DNA of 64,000 nucleotides, taken from the NCBI GenBank assembly GCA_965205865.1, contig CBDBHR010000030.1, positions 416,001 through 480,000 of the forward strand, written 5' to 3'. Position numbers and translations under genes: made by a program. A model generated the notes under the pieces. That model was not told the origin of the DNA. It saw only the letters and a list, made by a program, of their open reading frames with translations, and searched no databases. This DNA is from a bacterium. GTDB lineage: Bacteria > SAR324 > NAC60-12. Shown in pieces: positions 7,584-17,194 of the stretch; positions within the stretch are counted from its first letter, which is position 1, and every line of letters starts with the position of its first letter.

Positions 7584-9540
7584 GTCACCGTAAAGAACTG
7601 ACTTATAGTGGTTTCCAGCCACCTTTCGTCATTCCTCCGGTACAGATCCGGACGTGCGCTGCTAACGCATCCGGCTCCTGCTTCGAGTCAGACGCTCAAA
7701 CGTTGATTCGGATACGGGTGGGTTGTCCTTACAGAAGGAATGTGTAGTTTGACCAGTACTTTGAAGCGTTCCCAGTTCATCCTCTTTGCTTTGTGACTCC
7801 TCCGTCTTAGTGATTTGAACCACGTCCGATGGATTTCCGTGCGAAAAGCATTCAAGGAACTCCGGTTGCCGGGGACTCCATAGTAGTTGTACAGACCGTT
7901 TAAAACAGACCTGAGCCATTTTCCTTGTTCATGCGCATTTTCATGACGTTTGCGTTTCGCTTCAAGTTTGATCTCTTTGAGCTTCTTTCGCAACCTTTTG
8001 GAAATGGTGAGACGGGTGAGCTTGAATTTTCCATCCTTTATCCGAGTGTCACAGACATGAGTGAATCCTGAAAAGTCGAAACTTTCCGGTTTTCCCAGAC
8101 CTTGTTTTTCCCGGTTATCGGCGGCAAATCGCCCGAACTCGATGAGGCGTGTTTTCTCTTCATGTAAAGTCAGTCCAAATTGAGAGAGGCGTTCTCTTAG
8201 TTGGCGATTAAATTTCTGGCCATCTTCAGAATATTGAAAACCCACGACGAAATCATCCGCATAGCGAATGATGTAAACTTCCCCCCGAGCTTCCCGCCTT
8301 CTCCATTGATTGACCCATAGATCTAAAACATAGTGCAGGTAGATATTTGAATAGATTGGAGAAACTACCGAACCTTGTGGTGTTCCGACCACCGTTTCAG
8401 ACCACTTCCCCTCTTCGATGACTCCGGCGCGCAACGTTTTCTCTACTAAACGCAGAATCCTTTTGTCGGAGATTCGATGCTCGATAAATTTCAGCATCCA
8501 ATCATGCTGAATTGTGTCGAAAAATCCTTGAATATCCGCATCTAAGATGTAGCTCACTTTCCGTTGGGTAATGGCCACATACAAAGCGTCTAAGGCTTGA
8601 TGTTGGCTTCGTCCGGGTCGGAACCCGTAACTAAACCCAAGGAAATCCTCCTCATAGATCGATTCCAACGTCCAAACAAGGGCTTGTTGTACGATCTTGT
8701 CTTCAAGTGCGGCTATTCCGATTGGCCTTTGACGGCCATCCGGTTTAGGAACCCACACTCGCAGAGAAGGGTGAGGACGATAACGTTCTTGGTGGATCCT
8801 CCCGTGCAGATCGTTAATCCGCTCCAGGAGATTTATGCCATACTCATTCCAGGTCTCCTCGTCCACTCCCGCCGCTGAGTTGCGATTGAGATCAAAGTAA
8901 GCTCTCCGCAGTAAGTCAGGGTTGATGTGATGAAAGAGATTGTTGAATTGAAGATGGGGGTTCCTCTTCGCCCTTTGGCGCACCCTGCTTAAACCGCTCT
9001 CTGATTTTACCGGCCTCTGAGTTCCGAACACAGGAGGGCAAGCAGAATTCCTCTCAGCCAAGTCCCTTTGCTCCACAGGCTCCGTTGATTTCCTTTGCAT
9101 TGTTACTCTCTACAAATGATCTCATTGTTCGCCGCTTCATCGCTACTACGAACTTGTCCGACTTCCTGAAGACGTAGATATCGGGGTTATTTATTAATTT
9201 TCCCGATCCGACTACCAATAGAATGTTGACAGTCGTCTTCAGGATCTCCCAGGTTCCGATCAAGAAACTTCCACACATGCACCGGGTCTTTGACTCCGCC
9301 AGGCTCAGCCGAGACTCACGCTAACGCCTTCGGTTGATATTGCCTTCCCCACCAGACCACAAGGTCAGCGCCTGAAACTATGATTTCGGAGCTCAATACC
9401 GAGCCTATGTTCTCCCCTGTCAACGCTTAGCGCCTATCCTTGCGAATAACCACTCATGACTCGGGGACTCGGCGGGTCGTTACTGCCTTACCGAGTAAGA
9501 GACTTTCACTCTCTATTTCTTGCCAGCTTTCCTGGCGCAC
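7584..9540 (-). mobile_element. Complete group II intron (about 1957 bp; bacterial IIB-type, class E-like)
   Basis: 5' GTGCG at 9540; domain V GAGCCGGATGCG...CACGTCCGGATC just after the ORF; 3' end ...GGTGAC at 7584. Confidence 0.92.
7688..9100 (-). CDS. ltrA: Group II intron reverse transcriptase/maturase without endonuclease domain
   Basis: PKPDGRQRPIGI, SYGFRPGRS, GTPQG and RYADD motifs. Confidence 0.95.
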   Translation of the reverse strand: MQRKSTEPVEQRDLAERNSACPPVFGTQRPVKSESGLSRVRQRAKRNPHLQFNNLFHHINPDLLRRAYFDLNRNSAAGVDEETWNEYGINLLERINDLHGRIHQERYRPHPSLRVWVPKPDGRQRPIGIAALEDKIVQQALVWTLESIYEEDFLGFSYGFRPGRSQHQALDALYVAITQRKVSYILDADIQGFFDTIQHDWMLKFIEHRISDKRILRLVEKTLRAGVIEEGKWSETVVGTPQGSVVSPIYSNIYLHYVLDLWVNQWRRREARGEVYIIRYADDFVVGFQYSEDGQKFNRQLRERLSQFGLTLHEEKTRLIEFGRFAADNREKQGLGKPESFDFSGFTHVCDTRIKDGKFKLTRLTISKRLRKKLKEIKLEAKRKRHENAHEQGKWLRSVLNGLYNYYGVPGNRSSLNAFRTEIHRTWFKSLRRRSHKAKRMNWERFKVLVKLHIPSVRTTHPYPNQRLSV

Positions 9541-9654
9541 AGCCTGACCCCGTACCGTACTCTGGGAGAGGACTTGACATCCTCCGGGGGATACGATAGA
9601 GATGGAGTGCTTTCTTTAGAAGAATTTTTAAAACAGTCTGATAAGGAGGACCGG

Positions 9655-10689
9655 ATGGCAAATGTAAGCATGGAAAAAGAGGAATTGATCGATGGCATGC
9701 CTCGGGATAAGCGGGGATACTGGCACCCTGAAGGAGGGACAGGTGCCCCCAGTCCTTTGTTTGCCTGGCCACCCAAGCCCCTCGCGGCTTTCAAATACCT
9801 GTTTGGCTTCCCGGGTTACCTGTTTCCGTGGAATATGATCTATTTTAGCATCGCCACGGTCACATGGCTCTACTTCCAGCCGGCCTTGTCCCGCTGTGTC
9901 ACATTCCAACTTGACTGGATCCTGGAGATGTTTGTCCGCAACCTCGTGCTGCTGGTCCTCATTTATAGTGCCTGGCACTACTGGCTCTGGTCGCGTAAGT
10001 CCCAAGGGCTCCAGTACAAATACAACGCCGAGTGGCTGGCAACGGGAAAGCGGAAGTTCCTCTGGGGGGACCAACTGCGCGACAACATCTTCTGGTGTTG
10101 TGTCAGTGCGGTTCCGATCTGGACGGCGTATGAAGTGCTGATGATGTGGGCCTACGCCAACGAGCTGCTGCCCTACATCGATCCGCGAGAACAGCCGGTC
10201 TACTTTATCGTGCTGCTGGTCTGTATGCCAATGATTCGAATCTTCCACTTATACTGGGTCCATCGTCTCTTGCACTGGCCTCCGCTCTTCAAGCGAGTGC
10301 ACTACCTCCATCATAAAAACATCAATGTCGGGCCCTGGTCCGGTGTGGCCATGCATCCGATTGAGCACCTGGTTGTCTTCAGCAGTGTTCTGATTCACTG
10401 GATCGTGCCCTCGCATCCCATCCACATGCTGATGAACGCCCAACACAACGCGCTCCCGCCGGCTCAGGGGCATTCCGGGTTCCAGCAGCTGGTTATCAAG
10501 GGAAACCTCCGGGTCCCCGGTGCCAGCAGCTATTTCCATCATCTGCATCACCGCTTCTTCGAGTGCAACTACGGGGAACCCATGATGCCGTTGGATCATT
10601 GGTTCGGGACCTATCACGATGGCTCTCCCGAGGCCCACGAAGCGATCCTGAAGCAGCAAGCCCAGAAAAACATGAGGTTCAGTGCCTAG
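9655..10689 (+). CDS. Sterol desaturase/fatty acid hydroxylase family protein
   Basis: His boxes HRLLH, HYLHH, HHLHH; NYG...DHWFGT; AGGAGG RBS before ATG 9655. Confidence 0.88.
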   Translation: MANVSMEKEELIDGMPRDKRGYWHPEGGTGAPSPLFAWPPKPLAAFKYLFGFPGYLFPWNMIYFSIATVTWLYFQPALSRCVTFQLDWILEMFVRNLVLLVLIYSAWHYWLWSRKSQGLQYKYNAEWLATGKRKFLWGDQLRDNIFWCCVSAVPIWTAYEVLMMWAYANELLPYIDPREQPVYFIVLLVCMPMIRIFHLYWVHRLLHWPPLFKRVHYLHHKNINVGPWSGVAMHPIEHLVVFSSVLIHWIVPSHPIHMLMNAQHNALPPAQGHSGFQQLVIKGNLRVPGASSYFHHLHHRFFECNYGEPMMPLDHWFGTYHDGSPEAHEAILKQQAQKNMRFSA

Positions 10690-11104
10690 TGTATTGCCTG
10701 TTTAATACATTTGTATTATTGGTCATTTGGTAGACATTTCTTCGGCAGTTTTAGTCCAAACATATGGTTTTGGGTTGGATTGTGCGCCTCGATGTAACTA
10801 TGGATGGCTTCGGTCAACTCGAGCACGCTTTTGAAGGCGCCTCGCCGTCGCCACTCCAACGGAATTGCCGCTGGTTCCAATCGTTTTGGCAATCTCTTGA
10901 TTCTTAAGGATCAGCAGCCAACTGCGCGCACGAAGAGCGTCTCGCATCGCTCCGGTCTGACGGCGTGCGGTTTTGCTCAATTCATCCCGTTCTTCCCGGG
11001 TCAGTTTTATACTTGGCGCTTTCCTAATGCTGTCTCCATAATGCAAATAAAAAGAACAGCTCGGTATAGCAAACCAAGGAATTATTTATACATTAATGAC
11101 ACAC
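10689..11104 (-). mobile_element. IS630-family internally deleted remnant
   Basis: Both ends in CTAG context with GTGT/ACAC termini; LTREERDELSKTARR...RAR resembles the IS630 N-terminal HTH. Confidence 0.6.
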
Positions 11105-11257
11105 TAGCATGCAGGAACTGACTGAAATGGATGTTTGACTTTGGTCTCTCACTGCATCGCCGAACATGTTGAGACTGTAGACGACAAGCGTGAAGTCAGG
11201 GGTGGGATGGCAGCTTCTGCCACCGCCGTCCCACAGTTGGTAGGCAATCAGCCCAAT

Positions 11258-13084
11258 CTAGAATCCCATTTCCTTCTTCAGCGCCTGGTCAATCCAGAGG
11301 CGGGCGAACAGGGAACGACGGTCCGGGCCTCCCAGATCGGATTCACCGTGATACCCCTTGAGCCATGGCTGGATCGCGTTAAAGCTGGGAGCTTTATGAC
11401 CCCATACATACGTGATCCCTAACTTCTCTAGCTGGTACATATCTGCCTCTCTAGCCAGCTTCATCTGCTCCTCAATGGTGGTAGCGGCTGCGGCGGCGTC
11501 AACCATAGCGTCATAAGCCGGGTCCCTGAATCCGGGACGTTGTGGAAGAAACTGTAGCCCCCACATAACGGAATAATCTGGCGCGGCCACCATATTCATC
11601 ATACCTTCATAACTATGTTCCTTGACACTAGAGATATGGCGAGGGACATCCACTGTCTTAATCGTCACATGAACACCGATGTCCGCCCAGTAGGCGGCCA
11701 CTATTTCTGCATAGTCTAAAGGGAAATACTCCGAGAGGTTTTCCAAGACCGTCTTGAATCGAATGCCGTCGGCGCCGCGCGGATACCCTGCCTCATCAAG
11801 CAACGCTTCTGCCCCTTTCGGGTCATAGGTATAGCGTTCCTTGATCGCTTCGGGCCACTGTTCAAAGGGGATGTGATACTCAACAAGACCATCCCCCAGC
11901 ATCCCCTGAGGTTTCCACTTTGCATAACCCTTAAAGTAGGTATTGTTAATGGTCTCCAGGTCCAGGGCCTTCTGCATGGCTATGCGCACCCGGATGTCGT
12001 CAAAGGGCGGCTTGAGCATGTCCAGAGCAAAAGTCTGATTCGCTCGAGAGAATTGCGAGAACAGCTCGATTTCGGGGTTAGTCCGCCGGAGGCTTTCTAC
12101 CTGATCGATAGACTTTATGTCAGCGGAGGCGTTGTGACCGATGTAATCCAGCTTACCTGAGCGAAGTGCCGCCAGAATGGTCGCGTCATCTTTCATAATC
12201 AGGCCCCTTAACTGGTCCGCATAGGGCAGGCGGTTCTGCGTGTATTTTTCGTCGGTGCCCCAGTAGTCAGGGTTCTTGTCATAGGTCATAGAACTGCCAT
12301 CGACCCAGTCGGTCATCATCCAGGGCCCGGTGCCGACCAGATTTCTCCAATCCCTAATGTCGCCGTGTTGCTGGATGACCTCAGGCGGTAATACCCAGGG
12401 ACAGCGGCCGATGAGGATCTCCCTCAGCGCATCGAGGTTTACCGCCTTCAGCTTGATCACAACCGTCCATTTGTCGGTGGCCGTTATCGATTCGAAGGGG
12501 AGCTTGACGAGTACCGCACAAATGCCTGCAGGGGTAGGTTCGCTGAAGCCGCTGCCCAGACCTAATATCCGGTGGAAGGAATACTCGACATCACTGGCAG
12601 TTAGCTCCCGACCTGACATGGGTGCCTTATTGTGCCAGTGAACGCCCTGGCGAATCTTGAACACGTACGTGAGAGGATCCGGGGTCTCCCAGCTTTCCGC
12701 CAGCTGCCCTTTTATGGCAAACAGAGGGAATAATTGATTTTGGAAGCGAAATAAATTCCTGTCCGTTGCCCAGTTCCCGATGCCCAGCTTCTCTGCAACG
12801 CCACTGAGGGGGTCGCAGGTAGGCCCGAGGTAGATGGCAGTACTCGGAGGCACGCACTTCTGGGCATAGGTGATTGTCCCGCCGTACTCAGGTACGCTCA
12901 CCATTTTACCCGTGGTCGGATCTTTGACCATCTTTTTCTCAGCAGCCACGACCGAACTGACTCCGAGGGCGGCCACCATCAGGGTGAGGGTGAGCAACAA
13001 GGATTGCAATTTTGCAGCAGACCAGGCGCCTGCCGGGTTCAGCCCCACGAGAGGGGTAAAAAGTTGCTTGATATACATGTCCAT
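11258..13084 (-). CDS. Family 5 (peptide/nickel) ABC substrate-binding protein with no adjacent permease or ATPase genes
   Basis: LAESWE, FKIRQGVHWH, GTGPW, KNPDYW and PFDDIRVR motifs; signal-like N-terminus. Confidence 0.9.
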   Translation of the reverse strand: MDMYIKQLFTPLVGLNPAGAWSAAKLQSLLLTLTLMVAALGVSSVVAAEKKMVKDPTTGKMVSVPEYGGTITYAQKCVPPSTAIYLGPTCDPLSGVAEKLGIGNWATDRNLFRFQNQLFPLFAIKGQLAESWETPDPLTYVFKIRQGVHWHNKAPMSGRELTASDVEYSFHRILGLGSGFSEPTPAGICAVLVKLPFESITATDKWTVVIKLKAVNLDALREILIGRCPWVLPPEVIQQHGDIRDWRNLVGTGPWMMTDWVDGSSMTYDKNPDYWGTDEKYTQNRLPYADQLRGLIMKDDATILAALRSGKLDYIGHNASADIKSIDQVESLRRTNPEIELFSQFSRANQTFALDMLKPPFDDIRVRIAMQKALDLETINNTYFKGYAKWKPQGMLGDGLVEYHIPFEQWPEAIKERYTYDPKGAEALLDEAGYPRGADGIRFKTVLENLSEYFPLDYAEIVAAYWADIGVHVTIKTVDVPRHISSVKEHSYEGMMNMVAAPDYSVMWGLQFLPQRPGFRDPAYDAMVDAAAAATTIEEQMKLAREADMYQLEKLGITYVWGHKAPSFNAIQPWLKGYHGESDLGGPDRRSLFARLWIDQALKKEMGF

Positions 13085-13170
13085 GAGAACTCCTTATACA
13101 TGATTTTGACAATACTTCACCCAGCCATTGAGCCCATCGAAAGAACGGGTGCTCGAACGCCCGGATGAGG

Positions 13171-13563
13171 AAAAAAAGATTCCCGGGGAGGATCAATCGT
13201 TTTCAATTCCTCTCACGATATTGTTCAATCGATCGGGAACCCTCTCATTCACTAAAACAACTTAGCGAAGGCATGATCCTAGTACAATAACAACAACGCA
13301 ATGTCTAGCCCCAAATGCAAAAAAATGCGGGATTCGCAAAAAAAAATAAAAAATCAATAAATCTGCTCAAATCCGGGGACAGTCAGAAGCCGTTCAGTTC
13401 AATAACGTTGAAAAAAGATTCCCGAGGAGGATCAATCGTTTTCACATCCTCCCAGGGTATTGTTCAATCGATCGAGTGGGAACCCTCCCACAGCTAATTT
13501 TGAATCAAACGAGCGGAAATCCTCTCCTTCCCTAAAACAACAAGGCATGATTTCAGCACTACT
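13171..13563. repeat. Two diverged direct copies of a 120-150-bp structured segment upstream of the SBP gene
   Basis: AAAAAAGATTCCCGRGGAGGATCAATCGTTTTCA...TATTGTTCAATCGATCG at about 13172 and 13411, each followed by CTAAAACAAC...AAGGCATGAT. Confidence 0.8.
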
Positions 13564-13619
13564 ACGCGGCGCAAAGCCTATAGCAAGTTTGGATCAGGAG
13601 AATTGCGCAACAATGGAGG

Positions 13620-13835
13620 TCAGCTATAAAAAGATATATTGCGGTCAATCTTCGGCATGAGCCAAAAAGCGAATGTTCGCTCCACAGTCCAGCGTTTTTT
13701 CCAACGGCGATAATGATCGTAAACGCTTTGCCAGGGAGGTAAATCATGGGCAAGCATGCTCCACTGACAACCCGTTTTCAGGACATACAAAATCGCATTG
13801 ACGATGCTATGTTTGCTATGAATACTTTTGGCCAC
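13620..13835 (-). pseudogene. IS5-family transposase remnant, N- and C-termini fused
   Basis: NAILYVLKTGCQW...LPPWQSVY joined directly to RWTVERTF. Confidence 0.8.
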
Positions 13836-13868
13836 GCAGGGGGCGGAACGTTTAAAAAAAGGGGAGTT

Positions 13869-14225
13869 TCAGTAACAAGGAGGAGCATGTGAAGCCTGTC
13901 CCGGACTTGATCCGGGGGATGCAAAGCCTGAGTGAGCAACTCGAGCATGGATTTCCCCTGTTTTCTGGTAGTGGAAATGGGCTCGGATACAAAATGCCTG
14001 CGTTCCTTCAGCAGTTCGGAAGCCGCCTGAGATTTTCTGTTTCAATTTGACCATGCGGATATCTCTCTCGGCTTGGTTGTTGTCAAAAGGAACTTGAAAG
14101 TCATGCATGAATAACAAGCTTTCCTTTTCAAAGAGGATCAAACGATCGAGTAAATTTTTTGCTTTCGTCTGTTTGGGGCGTTCTCGTTTCTTTTTTTGAG
14201 GACTTGCAGGATAGAGCTTGAGAAT
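13869..14225 (-). pseudogene. IS66 transposase C-terminal fragment
   Basis: [27 protein letters not shown] motif. Confidence 0.85.
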
Positions 14226-14231
14226 GAGATT

Positions 14232-14297
14232 GGGGTCAGGCCTTTGTTGTTGTGTTATTCAAGTATTTAAATAAGCCAATAACAAAAGCCTGACCCC
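14232..14297. repeat. 66-bp hairpin (REPIN-like) made of two RAYT-type IR ends
   Basis: GGGGTCAGGCCTTTGTTGTTG versus the reverse complement of CAATAACAAAAGCCTGACCCC, 19/21; inner arms also complementary. Confidence 0.88.
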
Positions 14298-14303
14298 ATT
14301 TCT

Positions 14304-14906
14304 CCGTTCAGCGAAACCATCTGGGTCAAGCAGCCCGGCTTGGGCGCGTCGACGGCGTGGCACCAGGACGGCGCGACACATTGGGACAACCCCGAGTTGG
14401 ATCGGGGCACCCACGGTTTCAACTTCATGGCTTAGCTTCACCCCACCAATCCGACGAATGCGTTGTGGGTGATTCCAGGGACACACAAGCGGGGCAAGCT
14501 CGATATCGTCGCACGGATCCAAGCCAATGGAGGTTCAGACCGTCTCCCGGACGCCGTACCGATGCTGGGAAACCCCGGCGATGTGGCGATCTGCAACCGC
14601 CAGGTGTTGCATGGCTCCTTTCCCAACACCTCACCGGGCATGCGGGCGACTTACCAGTTTGGCTTTCACCGCCGGGCTTCCCTCCTGGGCGTGAAGGGAT
14701 GGAGTGCCCAGCTCTACGACGAGACGCGGATCCATGAACGCTCCCGCATCATCGCCCTGGCCATCGATGCCCGTCACCAGCGTTTTCCCCATGAACCGCG
14801 CTACCTCTATCAGCCACTGACCGATGAGCTGGACGCCATCCACTGGAACAGCTTCACGCGCGAGCACCTTTTGAAAAACTACAACCGGAAAGACATGTCG
14901 GTCTGA
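14304..14906 (+). pseudogene. 5'-truncated phytanoyl-CoA dioxygenase (PhyH) family gene
   Basis: WHQDG, LWVIPGTHK and HGSFPN motifs; no start codon; internal TAG near 14433. Confidence 0.8.
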
Positions 14907-15045
14907 GCATAACCGCTGAGAAGGCTCGGGCAGAAGCTTGTCTCCTGAGACGAAAGGGGGATGGGCCTCACTTCGGCCAATGGATTAATAGGGGACAGGT
15001 CAAGCAAGCCTACAATAAGCACCGAACAATAAACCAGAAATCATC

Positions 15046-15090
15046 ATGACAGAAGATAATGTTGACTTTTTAGTCATTGGTTCAGGGATT
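15046..15090 (+). pseudogene. N-terminal stub of a FAD-dependent oxidoreductase (NadB-like)
   Basis: MTEDNVDFLVIGSGI (start of a Rossmann motif), cut exactly at the IR. Confidence 0.45.
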
Positions 15091-15584
15091 GGGGTCAGGC
15101 CTGCGACTTTGGGAGTTTAAGTTTAAATTTCCCGTTTGATCTCTTCGACACGGTTTTGCAGATCAGGAGACTTTCTGATTTTTTGTCTCAGCTGATGGAT
15201 TCTGGCACTGATCGTCGAATCATCTCGATTGAGCTTGTTTGCCAGCTCTCTGATTGTCGCGGACTTCAAGTTGAAAGCGATCATTCCAACCACGGCCAGC
15301 GCTTCACTGAACTTGCGGGACTGCCCCGCATTTTTTAATTGTTCCTCCTCAATCCGATAAACCTCCGAAACCCGCTGAATAATCTTTTCTAAAGAAGGAG
15401 GCGCGTGAGGCTTCGTTTTCAGTTGCTCGAAAACAGAACTCAGGAAATGATCTTCTCCGATTACTTCGGGATGAGTTGACCCTTTTTTAAAATTCACTTC
15501 GGAGGCGATTCCCCTTCTTTCATGAATATAAGTCGCATAGAATTTCCTCGCCTCAGAACGATCTGAGGAAAAGAGAGACAATCC
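15091..15584 (-). mobile_element. Second, partial RAYT element copy (IR plus intact 3' half of the gene)
   Basis: Near-identical to 6554-7046. Confidence 0.93.
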
Positions 15585-15915
15585 GGGTGCGCCAGGCTAT
15601 GCAGATGGCTCTGCAAAGAGGAAACGCAAACGAGGCCTCCTGCCCACTGATCAACCCGTTCAATTGATAAGCGGACAAAAGGAGACCTCCCTTTTTCCTT
15701 CTTGAGAATCGCTGTTTTTTCTTCTTCCTCGAGTCAGGGTGAAAAAAATCAAGCCTGAGAGAATCTATTCTTTTTTTGTCGTATCATCCTAAGCAGAACG
15801 GTTGTTTGTGAAGAGGGTCACCTTTTGTCTTTGATGTGACGGACAATCTAACGTATGATTGGAGCGCATTTTGGACTGATACCGTCTTTCTCCCGATTCG
15901 CAGGAACGGTCAATC

Positions 15916-17019
15916 ATGGAAACATTCGAGGTTCTCAAATTTTTTCAAACCCAGTTGCTTGGCATTTCGATACAAAATTTGCTGATTGCATTTGGTATTC
16001 TGCTGGCAGGATTTTTCGTACGAAAAATCGTTATGGTTATTTTCGCGCATTTGATCCAAAAAGCGCGAGGGTCCCGTTTTCAATTCGATCATCTTTTTTT
16101 AGAGAGTCTGAATAAACCCATCGGCTGGGTTCCTCCGCTGATTGCCGTCTATGCGGCCTCCCTGGTATTGCAGCTACCGACGGAACCGGTTGATGTGGAA
16201 CGATTTGTGGAAGCATTGTTTCGGGCGAGTTGGATTTTGTTAGGGATCTGGATTGCCCTTCGACTTTTCGAAGTGCTTTGTAATCTTTGGATGGATGCGG
16301 CCATTGAAACGGAAACGAAGCTCGACGACCAGATGATTCCCATTCTTCGCAAAGCCGGACGAGCCTTTTTGATTTTGCTGGGAATCATACTTTTCGTGCA
16401 AAACATGGGTTATTCCGTCGGCAGTTTGATTGCCAGTCTGGGTCTGGGAGGCGCTGCTATTGCTCTGGCTTCGAGGGACACGTTGGCCAATCTCTTTGGT
16501 TCGCTGGTCATTTTTTTCGATCGCCCTTTCCAAATTGGAGACTGGATAGAGGTGGATAATATCGAAGGTACGGTTGAAGACGTGGGGTTACGCACCATCC
16601 GCATCCGTACCTTCGCCAACAGCTTGATCACGGTGCCGAATTCCCATTTTACCACCAGCGTCATCAACAACTGGTCCCGCATGCAAAAAAGACGGATCAA
16701 ACTGACTGTTGGAGTGACCTACGGGACCTCCGCCCGGCAGATGCAGGCGGCATTGCAAGGAATCAGGACGATCATTCTGGAAGATGATCAGCTCCACCAT
16801 GACTTCTTTCTGGTCAATTTTGTCGGGTTCGGCGCCTACAGCCTCGATATTCTGGTATACTGCTTCAGCGTCACCACCGTCTGGCAGGAACACATGGACG
16901 TGAAAGAATCGTTTCTTTTGAAAATCATGACGAAAATTGAAGAATTGGGACTGGAATTTGCTTTTCCCACCCAAACCCTGCACCTTGATCCTCCCCAAGC
17001 GGAAGAGGATCTCAAGTAA
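15916..17019 (+). CDS. MscS family mechanosensitive channel
   Basis: ALASRDTLANLFGS, DRPFQIGDWI, VPNS, INNWS and FAFP motifs. Confidence 0.92.
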   Translation: METFEVLKFFQTQLLGISIQNLLIAFGILLAGFFVRKIVMVIFAHLIQKARGSRFQFDHLFLESLNKPIGWVPPLIAVYAASLVLQLPTEPVDVERFVEALFRASWILLGIWIALRLFEVLCNLWMDAAIETETKLDDQMIPILRKAGRAFLILLGIILFVQNMGYSVGSLIASLGLGGAAIALASRDTLANLFGSLVIFFDRPFQIGDWIEVDNIEGTVEDVGLRTIRIRTFANSLITVPNSHFTTSVINNWSRMQKRRIKLTVGVTYGTSARQMQAALQGIRTIILEDDQLHHDFFLVNFVGFGAYSLDILVYCFSVTTVWQEHMDVKESFLLKIMTKIEELGLEFAFPTQTLHLDPPQAEEDLK

Positions 17020-17194
17020 TTTAAAGCTCAATAGCAGTCCGTTTTTTCTCGAGAAAAATTTCTCGTACGGGCAAAATTATAATTGATGAAGAGAAAAAAT
17101 AATTTTATATTGATTGATTGATCGATATGATCCTTAATAGCATGAAAATTTTCAGTCATTGTAGCGAATAAATTTTTAATTTTCGGATTCCCTC

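Larger units (their letters stand above)
6554..9551 (-). mobile_element. RAYT-like HUH transposase element bounded by about 24-bp inverted repeats; one IR is interrupted by a group II intron
   Basis: Left IR GGGGTCAGGCCTGCGACTTTGGGA (6554-6577); right IR rebuilt from 7571-7583 plus 9541-9551 matches 22/24. Confidence 0.85.

Noticed and set aside
7688-9100. CRISPR-associated, retron or DGR reverse transcriptase
   Set aside because: Full group II intron boundaries and domain V are present
9300-9305. Perfect AGCCUG complement to IBS1 as EBS1
   Set aside because: Appears to lie in a structural helix rather than the EBS1 loop position; needs folding to settle
15587-15596. GTGCGCCAGG identical to the intron's first 10 nt, at the break of RAYT copy 2
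   Set aside because: Similarity does not continue and no intron domains follow; may be chance
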